Shown piece by piece: positions 22,337 through 33,400 of a DNA stretch of 64,000 nt. The translations under genes were made by a program, and so were the position numbers. Position 1 is the stretch's first letter, and every line of letters begins with the position of its first letter. The notes under the pieces were generated by a model, which searched no databases, was not told the DNA's origin, and was given only the letters and a program-made list of their open reading frames with translations. This DNA is from Blastocladiella emersonii ATCC 22665 (Eukaryota > Fungi > Blastocladiomycota), in NCBI GenBank assembly GCA_025594325.1, contig JANHCV010000015.1, positions 248,001 to 312,000 of the forward strand. Reading direction: 5' to 3'.

Positions 22337-24128
22337 CTACTCCTCGGCGACCGAGCGCAGCGGGTCCGCGGCGGGCACGTCGCCGAGCGCGTCGGGCGAC
22401 TTGACCACGGCGGCAAACGACGGCAGGTCGCCCTGGTTGATGGCCTGCGCGATGGGCGCCTCGGCCACGTGCTCGCGCGGCACCTCGCCCGCCGCGCCCT
22501 TGCCGCGCGACTCGGGCGTGTGCTCGCCCTGCTCGTCGGCCGTCGGGAACGGCGCCATGGCCCGCTTGTCGGCCGACCCGAACGGGTAGTACTGCGCGAC
22601 GTGCGCGGGGCCCGGCGGCGTCGCGGCCGCCGACGTCGAGGGGCCCGTCACCTTAGACTGGTCGGCCTTGGACACGTTCTTGGGCGGCGGCAGCGGCGCC
22701 TCGGGCTTGGGCTTCGCCTCCTGCGGGGCTGGGTGCGGCGCGTCGGCGGCCATCTTGGCGTCGTCGTCCGCGAGCGCGCCGGGCGTCGGGGTGCCGTGGC
22801 CCTGCATGACGACGAGGTCGAACTCGGCGCCCTCCTCGCCCATGTCGCGCACCTTGTCCTCGACGTCCGCGACAAACTCGTCGGTCGCGCGCTCGACGCG
22901 GTCGACGACCTCGCCGACCTCCTTGGCCATCTCGGTCTGCGCGTCGCGGACCGCGCGCGCGGGAGCCGACCCAGCGACGGCCGCGAGCGACCCGCGCACC
23001 GTCTCGATGCCGCGCTCGGCCTGCTCGACGGCCACCTCGGCGCCGTGCAGCGCGCGCACCTCGACCGATGTCAGCACGTCCTGCGCCGCGTGCACGACCT
23101 GGCCGGGCACCGCAATCGCGCGGTCGCGCAGCACCTCCATCTCGTGCGCCACCAGGTCCTTGGCCGCGCCCACGTACGACATGGCCGTGTGCTCGGCCGA
23201 CTCGATCGCGTGCCACGACGCGTCCACGAGCTGGTGCGCGATCGATGACAGGTACGACTCGGTCGCCTGCGCCGTCTCGCCCGCCTGCGCCGCCGTCTCC
23301 ATGGCCGCGCCCGTCGCGGCAGCGGCGGTGTCGGCGGCCTTGTTCGACGCCGTGGTCGCGGCAAAACGAGCCGTCTGCGCCGCCGACGACGCCGTGGCCT
23401 GGGCGCTACCAGCCGCCGAGACGGCCGTGTCGCGAGCAGCGGTACCCGCCGACATGGCCGTGTCGCGCGCAACAGTGCCGGCCGACATGGCCGTGTCGCG
23501 CGCCGCGGCGCCCGCGTCCTTGGCGGTCCCGGCAGCCGAGCGCGTAGCCGCCTTGGTAGACTCGGCCGCCGAGACACCGGCGCCCTTGGCCGCGTCGGCC
23601 ACCTTGCGCGCCGCCGTCGTGGTCTCGGAACCGGGCGTGTCGGACGCGAACGGCGAGACGGTCTCTACACGGTGAGGAGTGGATAGTGGTGAGACATCAG
23701 GTTCGTTATCACACCACCGACACGACGCGTGAGAGACGCGTACCGAGCATCTTCTCGAGCACCTCCTCGGCGTGCGCGAGCCCGGCGCGCGCCTTGGCCT
23801 GGATGCCCGACTCTTCGACCGCCTTGGCCGTGCTCGGGTCCGCGGCCGCCGACGTGCCCATCGACTCGGGGTACACGTCGACGTAGTCGCCGAGCGCGCC
23901 CGACAGCACGTCGGCCACGGCCTTGCGCACGCGCCCGACCATGCCCGCGGGCGGCGCCTCGGGCTCGTCGATACCCGCGTTCGGGTCGCCGGGCACCGTG
24001 TCGTCGAGCGTGCGCGGGAACCCAGCGCGGCGAAGGCGGTCCGCCGGCAGGTCCTCCTCGGACGGGATGCCCGCGCCGCTCGTCGTCTTGGTCGAGAGCT
24101 GTTTGGTGGGATCGGTTGGGGTGGACAT
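22337..24128 (-). CDS. Ala-rich LEA-like protein with 11-aa repeats; one intron near 23.67-23.75 kb
   Basis: AG(T/A)(A/V)ARDTA(M/V)S repeated three times in a hydrophilic helical sequence. A GTACG...GTAG intron joins ORFs 23709-24128 and 22337-23602. Confidence 0.5.
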
Positions 24129-24433
24129 TTTGGGTGGGTGTGGTGGGTGAGGGGGTTGAGGTCTCAAGGGGAGAGCGGAAGAAGGGACCGCGGAGGGACC
24201 GCCGCCCTTTTTATTGCGCCGGATCAACGCGAGACTGCGCAGCAACAGCAGCAGGTGGCCGCCCGCTTGCCGATGCGGGAAGCGCGAACGCGTGGCGCGG
24301 TCGAGACCGCGCGTTCGGCACGCGTGTGGCGCAACGCGACCGCGTGGCCGTGACTCTCGCGGAGTCGTTTCCACCTCACAGTTGTTGTTTAAACTTGACT
24401 CGGAAATTCGGATTTATCGAGCCAACATTCACG

Positions 24434-26488
24434 TCAATAGCCCGTGTTGCTCCCGAGGAACCCCTCGGGGAACACGCAGCGCACGATACTCGCGTCGCCC
24501 TCGCGCACATGGAGAAGGAGCTCGGCGAAGCAAGCAGGAGCGTGGTCCGCGGCCGCTCGAAGCACCGCTTCCGCGAGGGCCAGCTCGCGCTTGGTGTCCT
24601 CGTCTCGCGGGTCAATAAGCTCAAGCACGGTCCGGCACAAGACGCCCATCGGCTCGACGATTCGCTCGACCAAGTGCGCGTCGTCCTTGTCCACGACCTC
24701 GACCGGGCACGACGCGAGGAAGCTGCGCCATGCGGGGACGACGTGGTCGTTGTGAAGCAGCGCGCGGCCCTGGAACTGGTCGCGCCACGCCCAGGTCCGC
24801 AGCGAGCACTCGCTTGACACGGCGACCAGGAACGCAACGTACAGGGTGGACCAGCGAGTGCGACTTGTTTCGTCAGAACCAGCGGAAACCAGTTGCTCGA
24901 GTGAGGGAGAAGAGGCGCCGGCATCGGCAAGAACCGGGACCAGAGTGGTCGCAAGCGCGCCGAGCAGGTCCTCGTCGTACACGTTATCGTCCTCGAGCAA
25001 GAGCTCGAGTAGCCGGTCAGCGATCGCGACGCGGGCCTCGGTGCTGCCAATCCCGAGCGAATCGAGCATGATGCCAAACGTGCGGTCAGCGAACGCGTCC
25101 AGGTGCTCGACCACAAGTTTGACCGTCGCCAAGTACCCGCACCGTTGGATAGCGACTGAGATGAGCTGCGAGAAAGTCTTCGGGGCGTCCGAGTAGCTTC
25201 CCGACACTGCGCGCAGCATGAGGCCGAGCAGCTCCTGCAGGTCGCCGCCCTGTGCGCCCAGAAGCAGGCGATCGAACCCGTCCTCTGAGCAATCCATTTC
25301 CAAGAACCGGGTTACAAAGGTGGCCCAGTACTTGAACTCGGCGAGCCAGGACCACGCTTGCGCGAACGCGAAGATGGGCTCGACGTGGTCCTCGTCGATC
25401 CAACGGAGCATCGTACAACAGATCATGTTGCGCTGGACCTCGTCAGTCAGATCGGCGAGCCGAGCGCGATCGTACTTTTCGAACACGAGGAGTAAGTCGT
25501 CCGATCTAAAGCGGGCCGGGCTGAGGTACATTGAGACGGCCATGCACGGCGTGCGGCCCCAGTCGTCCGTCGCGATACGCGGAGACCAGCCACGGGCCGC
25601 GAGCCAGTCAAGCACGCGACAGCAGTCTTTGAGCTCGCAGTTGTCGATGCGCTCGAGAAAGGCCGAGTAGACGCACGGAGTCTCGAGTAGAGCCATGATC
25701 GCGCCGGGGCGCGGGTGGTGCGCGAAGACAGCTTCGAGTGCATCGAGGTTCATGTGCATGGCGGCCGAGATGGCGACAACCGCGAAAAACTCGACGCGAG
25801 GCACTTCCTCGGTGACCATGGCCTGCTGCTGCAGCGCACACCACAACTCCTCGAGCTCGTACTGGAAATCGGCGGTCCGGTCCGGGATCCACTCGAGCAT
25901 CTTTTGCAGCGGAGCGCACGCTTCGAGGGCAAGCGCGGAAAGGGTGCGAACCAGAGACGCGAGCGCGTGGTTGAGAGATGGCAAGTCACTGGTCGATTCG
26001 AAGTAGAGCGCGAGGGACATGGCATCGATGGCGTGGCCTTCCTTGACACCCTCGGGAGGTCGAGGCACGGCGACCCCGCCGATTGTCGGATCCACGAGCG
26101 CGCGCTGCTGTGCGTCGGAGATGCGTCGGAAGGACCGTAGAAGCGCGTCAAATAGCTGTGTAGTGAGGGCAGGACGTGCGAGTCCACCAAAAGAACCCTG
26201 TAGCGCGATCGAGGCACTCGCGCACCGAGCAACGGCAGACGCGCGCTCGGGGATGCAGTCGGTCAAGAGACGACCTTCGGGTACGGCCTCGCGAAGCAGA
26301 TCCGAAAGAGGACCGCCAGCGCGATTGAACCAGGCGAGGAGGAGCACTGGGTGGTCCACGGCTGCAGCTGAGAGAACTCGCGATGCGCCGACGATCCGAG
26401 ACGCGGGCGCACTGAGTGCAACGATCAGCGCCACTGCGACTTCAGGAAGTGCTGCAAGGTTTATGCTAGGGTTATTCATTTGATGCAT
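24434..26488 (-). CDS. F-box-like family paralogue, 684 aa
   Basis: MHQMNNPSINLAALPEVAVALIVAL plus all family blocks. Confidence 0.85.
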   Translation of the reverse strand: MHQMNNPSINLAALPEVAVALIVALSAPASRIVGASRVLSAAAVDHPVLLLAWFNRAGGPLSDLLREAVPEGRLLTDCIPERASAVARCASASIALQGSFGGLARPALTTQLFDALLRSFRRISDAQQRALVDPTIGGVAVPRPPEGVKEGHAIDAMSLALYFESTSDLPSLNHALASLVRTLSALALEACAPLQKMLEWIPDRTADFQYELEELWCALQQQAMVTEEVPRVEFFAVVAISAAMHMNLDALEAVFAHHPRPGAIMALLETPCVYSAFLERIDNCELKDCCRVLDWLAARGWSPRIATDDWGRTPCMAVSMYLSPARFRSDDLLLVFEKYDRARLADLTDEVQRNMICCTMLRWIDEDHVEPIFAFAQAWSWLAEFKYWATFVTRFLEMDCSEDGFDRLLLGAQGGDLQELLGLMLRAVSGSYSDAPKTFSQLISVAIQRCGYLATVKLVVEHLDAFADRTFGIMLDSLGIGSTEARVAIADRLLELLLEDDNVYDEDLLGALATTLVPVLADAGASSPSLEQLVSAGSDETSRTRWSTLYVAFLVAVSSECSLRTWAWRDQFQGRALLHNDHVVPAWRSFLASCPVEVVDKDDAHLVERIVEPMGVLCRTVLELIDPRDEDTKRELALAEAVLRAAADHAPACFAELLLHVREGDASIVRCVFPEGFLGSNTGY

Positions 26489-26728
26489 CGGATCGCGATC
26501 GCTGTTGCGGGAGACGGGAGAGAGAGCATTTTGTGGCGCGCCGCTGCGCTCTCACCGCCACCGGCCTCGACAGAGTTGACAGCCTCGGCAGCGTGTGGCG
26601 CAACGCGTCTTGCACATCAGCCGAGAGACGAGAGACATAAAGCCTCGACGCCGCACTCGCTCAAAACACTGTTGGTCCAGCTGGAGTGCGTAAAGAAACA
26701 AATATTTTTACTCCAACTGCGGCTTGGA

Positions 26729-27331
26729 TCACCACTCGGGTCCCTCCCACACACCCTCCTTGCAGTCCGCAATCCACATCGCGCGGAGCTCGTCGTCCGC
26801 CACGCACTCGTCCCACCACATGTTGACGTATGTGTCGATCGAGTTTTTGGGGAAGAGGTGCTCGAGATCAAGAAGGGCCGTCAGTTCCATGTCGCAGTGG
26901 TGGATGACAAGCTCTGCAAGTCGAGCTGGAGCGTGCGCTGCCGCGGCGCGAAGCATGTTCGACGCCAAAGCGTGCTTCCACGCGGCTTCGTGGTCTTGAG
27001 TGCTCGGTTTGTGATGCGCGACGATTCTGTGAAGGAAATCCACCGCCTCTTCAGTCCAAAGGAGGAAATCCTCGTCGGTGAAGTCGACGGCCTTGGGCGG
27101 GCACACGGAGAGGAACGCGGTCCACGATTGGACAATTTGGTCCGCGTGATGAGGCAGGAGCATCGCCTGAGCTTGGTCGGTAGGCGGCTCGCACGCCTTC
27201 CACAAGTCGTCGCCAATACAAGTAATGAGGAACCCTGCACAAATGCAGAAATAGTCCAGGAACGGACGTGAGTTTCCATGGCGGCCTGCATGAGAAAGCG
27301 TGGGAGGATACTTTGACGCCGCCAGCCTCAA
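26729..27331 (-). pseudogene. 5'-truncated C-terminal fragment of the family
   Basis: Only the last ~190 aa are present (SWTAFLSVCPP, MLRAAAAHAP, LFPKNSIDTYVNMWWDE). It closely resembles the end of 27382-29514. Confidence 0.75.
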
Positions 27332-27381
27332 TCAACTTGAAGTTTGAGCGGTATATTATACATTCAGACCCAACCGTGTGC

Positions 27382-29514
27382 TCAATCGCCCCCGTTGGTC
27401 CAATCCTCGAAAACCATGCGGCGGAACTCTTCGTCTTCCATTTGCTCATCCCACCAGCGGTTCACGTACGCGTCAAGCGAACGCTCCGGGAAGAGATACT
27501 GCAGGTTGACGAGGGAGAAGAGTCCGTCTTGGCACTGGAGAATCACGAATTCTGCAAAGCGCGAAGGAGAATGGGATGCCGCACCACGGATTATGCCGCG
27601 CGCCAAGGCGCTCTTGCGCTCGCTCGTGTGGGTCTCAGGCCCAATCAAGGAAATTTCCCACGCTGAGCGGTAGACTGCGACCATTTCTTCGCGCGTCCAC
27701 CAGAGCAGGTTTTCGTCGGTGTGGTCGACGGCGTGAGGTGGACACAGTGAAAGAAACGAGGTCCAAGCGGGAACGATTTGGTTGCCAACTGACGCCAACA
27801 AATCGAGGTCGTTGTTGGCTAGTTTCTCGGTTTGGCGGATGCATGTGCTCGCGGTTGTGAGAAATGCAGCATAGATGGTGGAATACTGCGTGTGGCTCGC
27901 TTCGCCCGCGCTAATCAAGCTCGTGAGATGATCACTGGCATTTGGGTTCAGGAACAAAGGGAGCAGGAGTATTGCTAGCGCCTCAAGCAAGTAAGGATAG
28001 CTTGCAGTTGGGTCGTTGCGAAGAATACCAATGAGGCGTTTTGCGAGTACGATCCGGGACTCGAAATCGCCCAAGCCGAGACGATTGAGATCGATAGCAA
28101 ACTCGCTGTCAGCAAATGTCGCGAGCCTGTGGGACACCAGCTCGAGAGCACCCGGCAATCCGCACCGTTCGACCGCGAACGTGATTATCCGCAAGTACAT
28201 TTCCCGCCAATCCGAGTACTTCTCGGACACGTTGTCAAGCAACTCTTTAAGGAGCTGCCCGAGCTCGGCGCCTTCCTTGTCAAGCATGAGTGGGCGCAAA
28301 TCGGTCTCTGAGAGATCTGCTCCGAGGAGATATCTCACATTCTGCGACCAATATTCAATTTCAGCGACCCATGGCCACGCGCGAGAAACCGCAACAGCAG
28401 GTACAACGTGGCCCGCTTCGACCCACAGGCCCAGCTCTCTGCAAAACAGTTGGCGCTGCATCTCGTCAAGTTGTTCGTTGAGGCGAGTGCGATCGTAAGT
28501 GTCAAATATGAATAAAAACGTGTCCAAATCGACTTCCTCTGGAGAGAAGTAGCTTGAGATAGCCAGGTACGGAGGATGTCGATCATTCGCTGTGGGGTTG
28601 CGGGGTTTCCAGCCTTGGCCTTGCAGCCAGTTGAGGAGCCGGCAAGTCGCCTCGAGTGAATTCGCGTCAATGCTTGGCAGGAACGCGCCGTAAACTCGAG
28701 GCATCGCAAGAACGTCAATGATCGAGTTTGGCCGCGGGTGCCGTTGAACAGCAATTTCAAGAGCGTCTTGGTTCCAGTGGATTGCTGCTAAGCTTGCAAG
28801 GAAGGTCAAGAAATCAACCCCAGACGGTGCATCGAGGCCGTTTGCGCTTTGCGAGAGGTTCGAGAGGGCTTCCTGCATCCGAAAAGTGCGGTCCGGCACC
28901 ACACCCGCCAGGGCTCTGATAGTGAAGCGCACTTCGAGCATGAGAACGGGAAGCGAGCTGAGCAGCTCCGTGAGCGCAAAGTCGAGCGCGATTGTATCGC
29001 GTGTTGCCTCAAAGTACAGGGTAAGGCTAATCGCGTCAGTGAAGCGCTTCGTCACCGCCGTGTGAAGACTTGGCAAGGTTCTGGCGCCAAGAAAATGATT
29101 AGCGAGCGCGCGCTGCTGAGTGGCCGTAAGGTGCGAACATGACCGCATGAACGCGCGGAACATAGTGAGATGGAGCGGAGGGCGAACAAATGCGTCAGAT
29201 ACGTTTAGACCTCGAAGCGCATTCGCCGCCATGGCACATAGTGCGGCAGCCGATGGGCTGCTGGGATATTCGTAGAGCGCAATCTCTTTCTCAACGGCTT
29301 CAAGCAACGGACTCGACAAGCTCGCCCCAACGCGTTCAAACCATACAAGCAAAGGGCGCTGATAACCGCGCGCGAGGTCCGCAAAGTTGCGGGACGCGCT
29401 CAGGATCCGCGAGGCGGGCGCGCAGAGGGCAATGACACACTCAAAAAGATCGTCCGGGAGCAAGGCAAGATTCGGGGATAAATTCGCGTTCATGATCAAC
29501 TTCATTCGATTCAT
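27382..29514 (-). CDS. F-box-like family paralogue, 710 aa
   Basis: MNRMKLIMNANLSPNLALLPDDLFECVIAL plus family blocks. The viral element is inserted 136 bp upstream of this ATG. Confidence 0.85.
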   Translation of the reverse strand: MNRMKLIMNANLSPNLALLPDDLFECVIALCAPASRILSASRNFADLARGYQRPLLVWFERVGASLSSPLLEAVEKEIALYEYPSSPSAAALCAMAANALRGLNVSDAFVRPPLHLTMFRAFMRSCSHLTATQQRALANHFLGARTLPSLHTAVTKRFTDAISLTLYFEATRDTIALDFALTELLSSLPVLMLEVRFTIRALAGVVPDRTFRMQEALSNLSQSANGLDAPSGVDFLTFLASLAAIHWNQDALEIAVQRHPRPNSIIDVLAMPRVYGAFLPSIDANSLEATCRLLNWLQGQGWKPRNPTANDRHPPYLAISSYFSPEEVDLDTFLFIFDTYDRTRLNEQLDEMQRQLFCRELGLWVEAGHVVPAVAVSRAWPWVAEIEYWSQNVRYLLGADLSETDLRPLMLDKEGAELGQLLKELLDNVSEKYSDWREMYLRIITFAVERCGLPGALELVSHRLATFADSEFAIDLNRLGLGDFESRIVLAKRLIGILRNDPTASYPYLLEALAILLLPLFLNPNASDHLTSLISAGEASHTQYSTIYAAFLTTASTCIRQTEKLANNDLDLLASVGNQIVPAWTSFLSLCPPHAVDHTDENLLWWTREEMVAVYRSAWEISLIGPETHTSERKSALARGIIRGAASHSPSRFAEFVILQCQDGLFSLVNLQYLFPERSLDAYVNRWWDEQMEDEEFRRMVFEDWTNGGD

Positions 29515-29650
29515 GGAGCCGAGTGGAGCTGCGGGAGAGAGAGCGCGCTTTGGGGCACGCCGCCGATTTTTCACTGGCCGGGCTGGACGCGTTGTCGCCG
29601 TGGTCACCACCTCGCTTCCCTGACCACATAGTGTGCTCTGACCGACCACC

Positions 29651-29678
29651 GTGCCGTATCCCTTAAGGGATACGGCAC
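29651..29678. other. Perfect 28-bp terminal palindrome GTGCCGTATCCCTTAAGGGATACGGCAC
   Basis: Self-complementary, read directly, at the extreme left end. Confidence 0.97.
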
Positions 29679-30128
29679 ACGGCTGCCCTTAGGGACTTCG
29701 CCTCTGGACTCTATCCACCCGGGCTAACCCACGTGATATCTCATTGCTTACCCCGAGTGACTCATAATGAATATAGCGATATCCTCAGGGATTTCGCCAC
29801 CCGGATCGGAGGCCGAAGGCCGAAGCAGGTGGGCGGGAGGGTGGGTGGAAGGGAGGGGCGAGCGGTCCAGGAGTGAGTCCCTGACCTGACCCCTGAGCCC
29901 GTCCCTAACCAACCCCTTGGGCTGACCATTGCTTACCCCGAGCGGTCGGCGGCGGCCGGCGAGCGCAGCGAGACGAAGAGCAGCGCAGCTGCGGCTACCC
30001 ACTGACAGAGTTCCCTGGTCTGGTCCCTGAGCACAGCTGCAAGTCGATCTGTGAGCAGTCCCCGAGCCAGTCCCTGAGCCCGTCCCTGACCACCTGCTGC
30101 AAGCGACTGCTATGAAGCCGTTCACCGT

Positions 30129-30205
30129 AAAAGTTCCACTTTTCGCTCAAAAACAGGTAGGTATATATATACACTGCCCCTTTTTGAGCGAAAAGTGGAA
30201 CTTTT
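30129..30205. promoter_or_regulatory. Stem-loop in the TIR: 25-bp perfect arms and 27-nt loop with TATATATATA (mirror copy at 43283-43359)
   Basis: AAAAGTTCCACTTTTCGCTCAAAAA (30129-30153) pairs with 30181-30205. The function (origin or promoter) is inferred. Confidence 0.6.
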
Positions 30206-30216
30206 CAGAGACAAGA

Positions 30217-30396
30217 GGTCAGGGTACGGGGGTCAGGGCAGGGGAGCGTCTTAGCAGCATCAATGTATTAATCAAAGACAAAGGGTCAGGGTACGGGGGG
30301 TCAGGGCAGGGGAGCGTCTTAGCAGCATCAATGTATTAATCAAAGACAAAGGGTCAGGGTACGGGGGGTCAGGGCAGGGGAGCGTCTTAGCAGGCA
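30217..30396 (+). repeat. 68-bp tandem repeat (~2.6 copies) at the inner edge of the left TIR
   Basis: GGGGAGCGTCTTAGCAG recurs at 30241, 30309 and 30377. Confidence 0.93.
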
Positions 30397-30418
30397 TTGT
30401 GGCAGGTTGTGGACTGTC

Positions 30419-33400
30419 TTAGGGCTCGTTGATGAGCTCGTTGTAGACCTCATCCAGGTCCAGCTCCAGGACAAACGGCGCCGACTTGGCCGGGGCAGTG
30501 GTCCAGGTCTTGTACATGACAAAGTAGTTGATGTCTTCCGTCCACTTCAGGTTAGTGTACTTCTTGCCACGAATTGTGACCTGGCGGTTGTCCTTGTCTG
30601 GCACAGCAAGGCACTTGTTAAAGTAAGTGCTGAGAAGCCTGTTTAGGACTGTTGCTGTGTCACACTTGTAATACCCAAGCTTCTTGAAGTACTTGTGGAT
30701 GTCTGCTTCAAACGTGGCGGGGATGGTGGCCTGGATGTTGAACTCCTCGGACGTGCGGAGGTCCATGCCGTTGTGGTCAAGGAGCTTGTGCAGGACGTGG
30801 GCCTTGTCCTTGGTGTAAAAGTACTGGATACGTTCCATGAAGCGCTCGGCGTTGTCGTCCCAGATGGCCTCCATGTTGTTCTCGCTCAGACCCTTGAACT
30901 TGCGGATGAAGAAGGCCTTGCGGACAGAGAGGCAGATGGTCCAGTCTGGGTCCTCGAGTGTACCCTGGCAGTGGTCGCGCAGGGTCTCCTTGGATGGAAG
31001 CTGGACGTTTGCCCAGTCAAAGGACCAGCCCGATGTCATGACATCCTCAATCTCGGGGTGCGCCTTGTAGTAGTACTCGGGGGAGTCGTCCATGACAATG
31101 TTGGCAACCTTGCAGAAGGCGTCAAAGACCTTGAGGCACGAGGTCACAGCGGCCATCTCGTTCTCGAGATCCGTGTTCTTGACAATGGCCTGGTGAAGTT
31201 TGCCGACCAAGTCCGAGTTAATGACCTGGGACTTGTTCATGTACGCGCCGTGGCAACCATTGCTGATCATGAACACGATCTCGTTGTCAATGGGGTAGCG
31301 CACGCGGTAGATTGCCTGGAAGAAGTCGCGGGCAGGGACCCAGGACTCGTAGCGCGCGTACACCTTGTCAAACTTGTTCTTTGTCGAGAAGTTGACGCCA
31401 ACGGTGATCTTGAGGTTGGCGATGACTATACGGACCGTATCATCGCCCCACACAGAGTCAGGGTCAATGAGTTCCTTGTCCTCGTGGTTGGGGCGGTCGC
31501 CGTGGTAGAGCTTGATCTGCTTGCCAATCTTCCACGTCTCCTTGGCAAAGACCCGCTCAAGGTACTCGCCAAAGGTCTGCACCGACCACTTGGTTGACTT
31601 CTTGCATGGTCGTGGGAGGAAGAGGTAGAGCTTCTTGTTGGCCTTGAGGTCGGCAATGATGTTGCTCTCCATGATGTCTTCGGCGGACTTCTCCTTGTCC
31701 TTGTCGTTGGTGATGAGGCTCATCTTGCGCGGCTCAAACTCCTTGCCAAGCGTGTTCGTGATCACCTTGATCTTACCATGGAGTATGGTCTTGATGTTGT
31801 GCTCAACAGTAAAGGAGCGGAGGACGTCCATGGTCAGGTTTGTGACAAACGCGTCCATGAAGATACCCTTGCTGCCCTTGTGCTCGCACAGCGTCTTGAA
31901 GGCCTTGAGGTTGGCCTCGAGGTTGTTGCAAATGGTGGTTGTGTGCAACTTGGCGTCCTGGAACATCTTGAGGACTGTCTCGGACTCGTCCACCACAACA
32001 ATGTTGTAGGGCTCGGTCAAGTAGTGCAGCGAGCACGGCGAGACAATGAGTCGCTTGTGATCCCCCAGTGTCTTCTTGTCCTTGATGCTGCGGTAGTTGA
32101 CAAAGCCAAGCTTCTGTTCGCGGGCTCGACCCTCGGTGTTGTGGGCCAGGGTGATGCGAGGTGTGATCCAGACCACTCGCGCGTCTGGGTACTTGGCAAT
32201 GTAGTCGCAAACAGCGCCTGTCTTGTTGGAGCCCATGCCCGTGGCCAGCACGTTGAACTTGGCCTCGGTAATGTCGTTGCAGCTCAGGAACTGGTTGGGG
32301 ACGGTCACGTCGGCGGGGACCTGGAGCGACTGCTCAAACTTGATCATGGCCTTGGACTTGAACGCGTCCCAGAACCGCTTGTAGAAGATGGCCTTGATGA
32401 ACTTGTCTGGCACCTGGTAGTCGCAGTTGCTGGCAATCTCGCCCCACCGCTGCTGGTACTTGGCAAAGCGCTGAGCCGAGTTGTCCTGCTGCGACGTCCA
32501 CGCCCAGAACTGTTCAAAGGTGACACCCTTGCGCATGGCCCAGGTCATGATCAGCCAGGTCACGTTGTTGTGGAACGCGTTCTCAGGGCTGACAGGGAGG
32601 TTTTGGAGGATCTCGAGTGGCGTGGCGTCATAGTAGAAGAAGTTGGGGTCGATCTGCACGTCCTTGAACTCGGGGATGTCGAGGTCGTAGTCAAAGCGAC
32701 CCTTGCGGCGCTTGGCCCGCGCTGCCTTGGCCTCGGCAGACACAAACTCGACAAAGGACAGGTCCGAGATCGGCACGCAGTTGGGGTCAAAGTCGTACTG
32801 GATCAGATGCTTGGACAGGCGGTCCTTGTTCCCTGCCTTGAACGTGCCGGGTGTCTTCTTGGGCTTGGACTGGTTGATGCACTTCATGAAGCGGTGCTTG
32901 CTGTACACGCTGGCGTCAAAGCCGAGCTTGACGTGGTCGGGGTGGCTGCAGAACAGCTTCAGGAACGACATGTCCTTGAGCGTGGCCGTGTAGTTGCTGA
33001 GGACAATGTGCCACGACTTTTTGAGGTCCGTCTCGTAGCCGCAGACCTGGAGGTTGGCGCCGGGGAACTGGGCCAGGATGACCTTCTTGATGACGTCCAG
33101 CGTCACGTCCTTGTTGTTGCCCGGGCAGTCAATGTCAAAGTAGACCTTGGACAGGCGCTCGGGGTGGACCATCTCCTGGATGCAGCAGTTCTTGTTGAGG
33201 AGCCCAGCCAGGCCCACCGTCTTGACCTTGGCAAAATAGTGCGCCGCCTTGGGTTCGCCATGGTTGTCGACGCCCTTGTTGATGAGGCGCTTGATGACCG
33301 TCTCGTCGTCTTGCAGCTCGGACAAGAGCTTGCGCTGAGGGCCCATGTCGCTGCCGCCGCCGTCCTTGCCACGGTACCACTGGAGACCAAAGGATTTGCC

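Larger units (their letters stand above)
29651..30257 (+). repeat. Left terminal inverted repeat (607 bp)
   Basis: Reverse complement of 43231-43837. One mismatch seen (29699 C against 43789 A). Confidence 0.95.

Noticed and set aside
29748-30339. 125-aa and 75-aa ORFs in the TIRs (mirrored at 43047-43740)
   Set aside because: They start at non-ATG codons or run through hairpins and repeats, and show no protein-like motifs. They are duplicated only because the TIR is.
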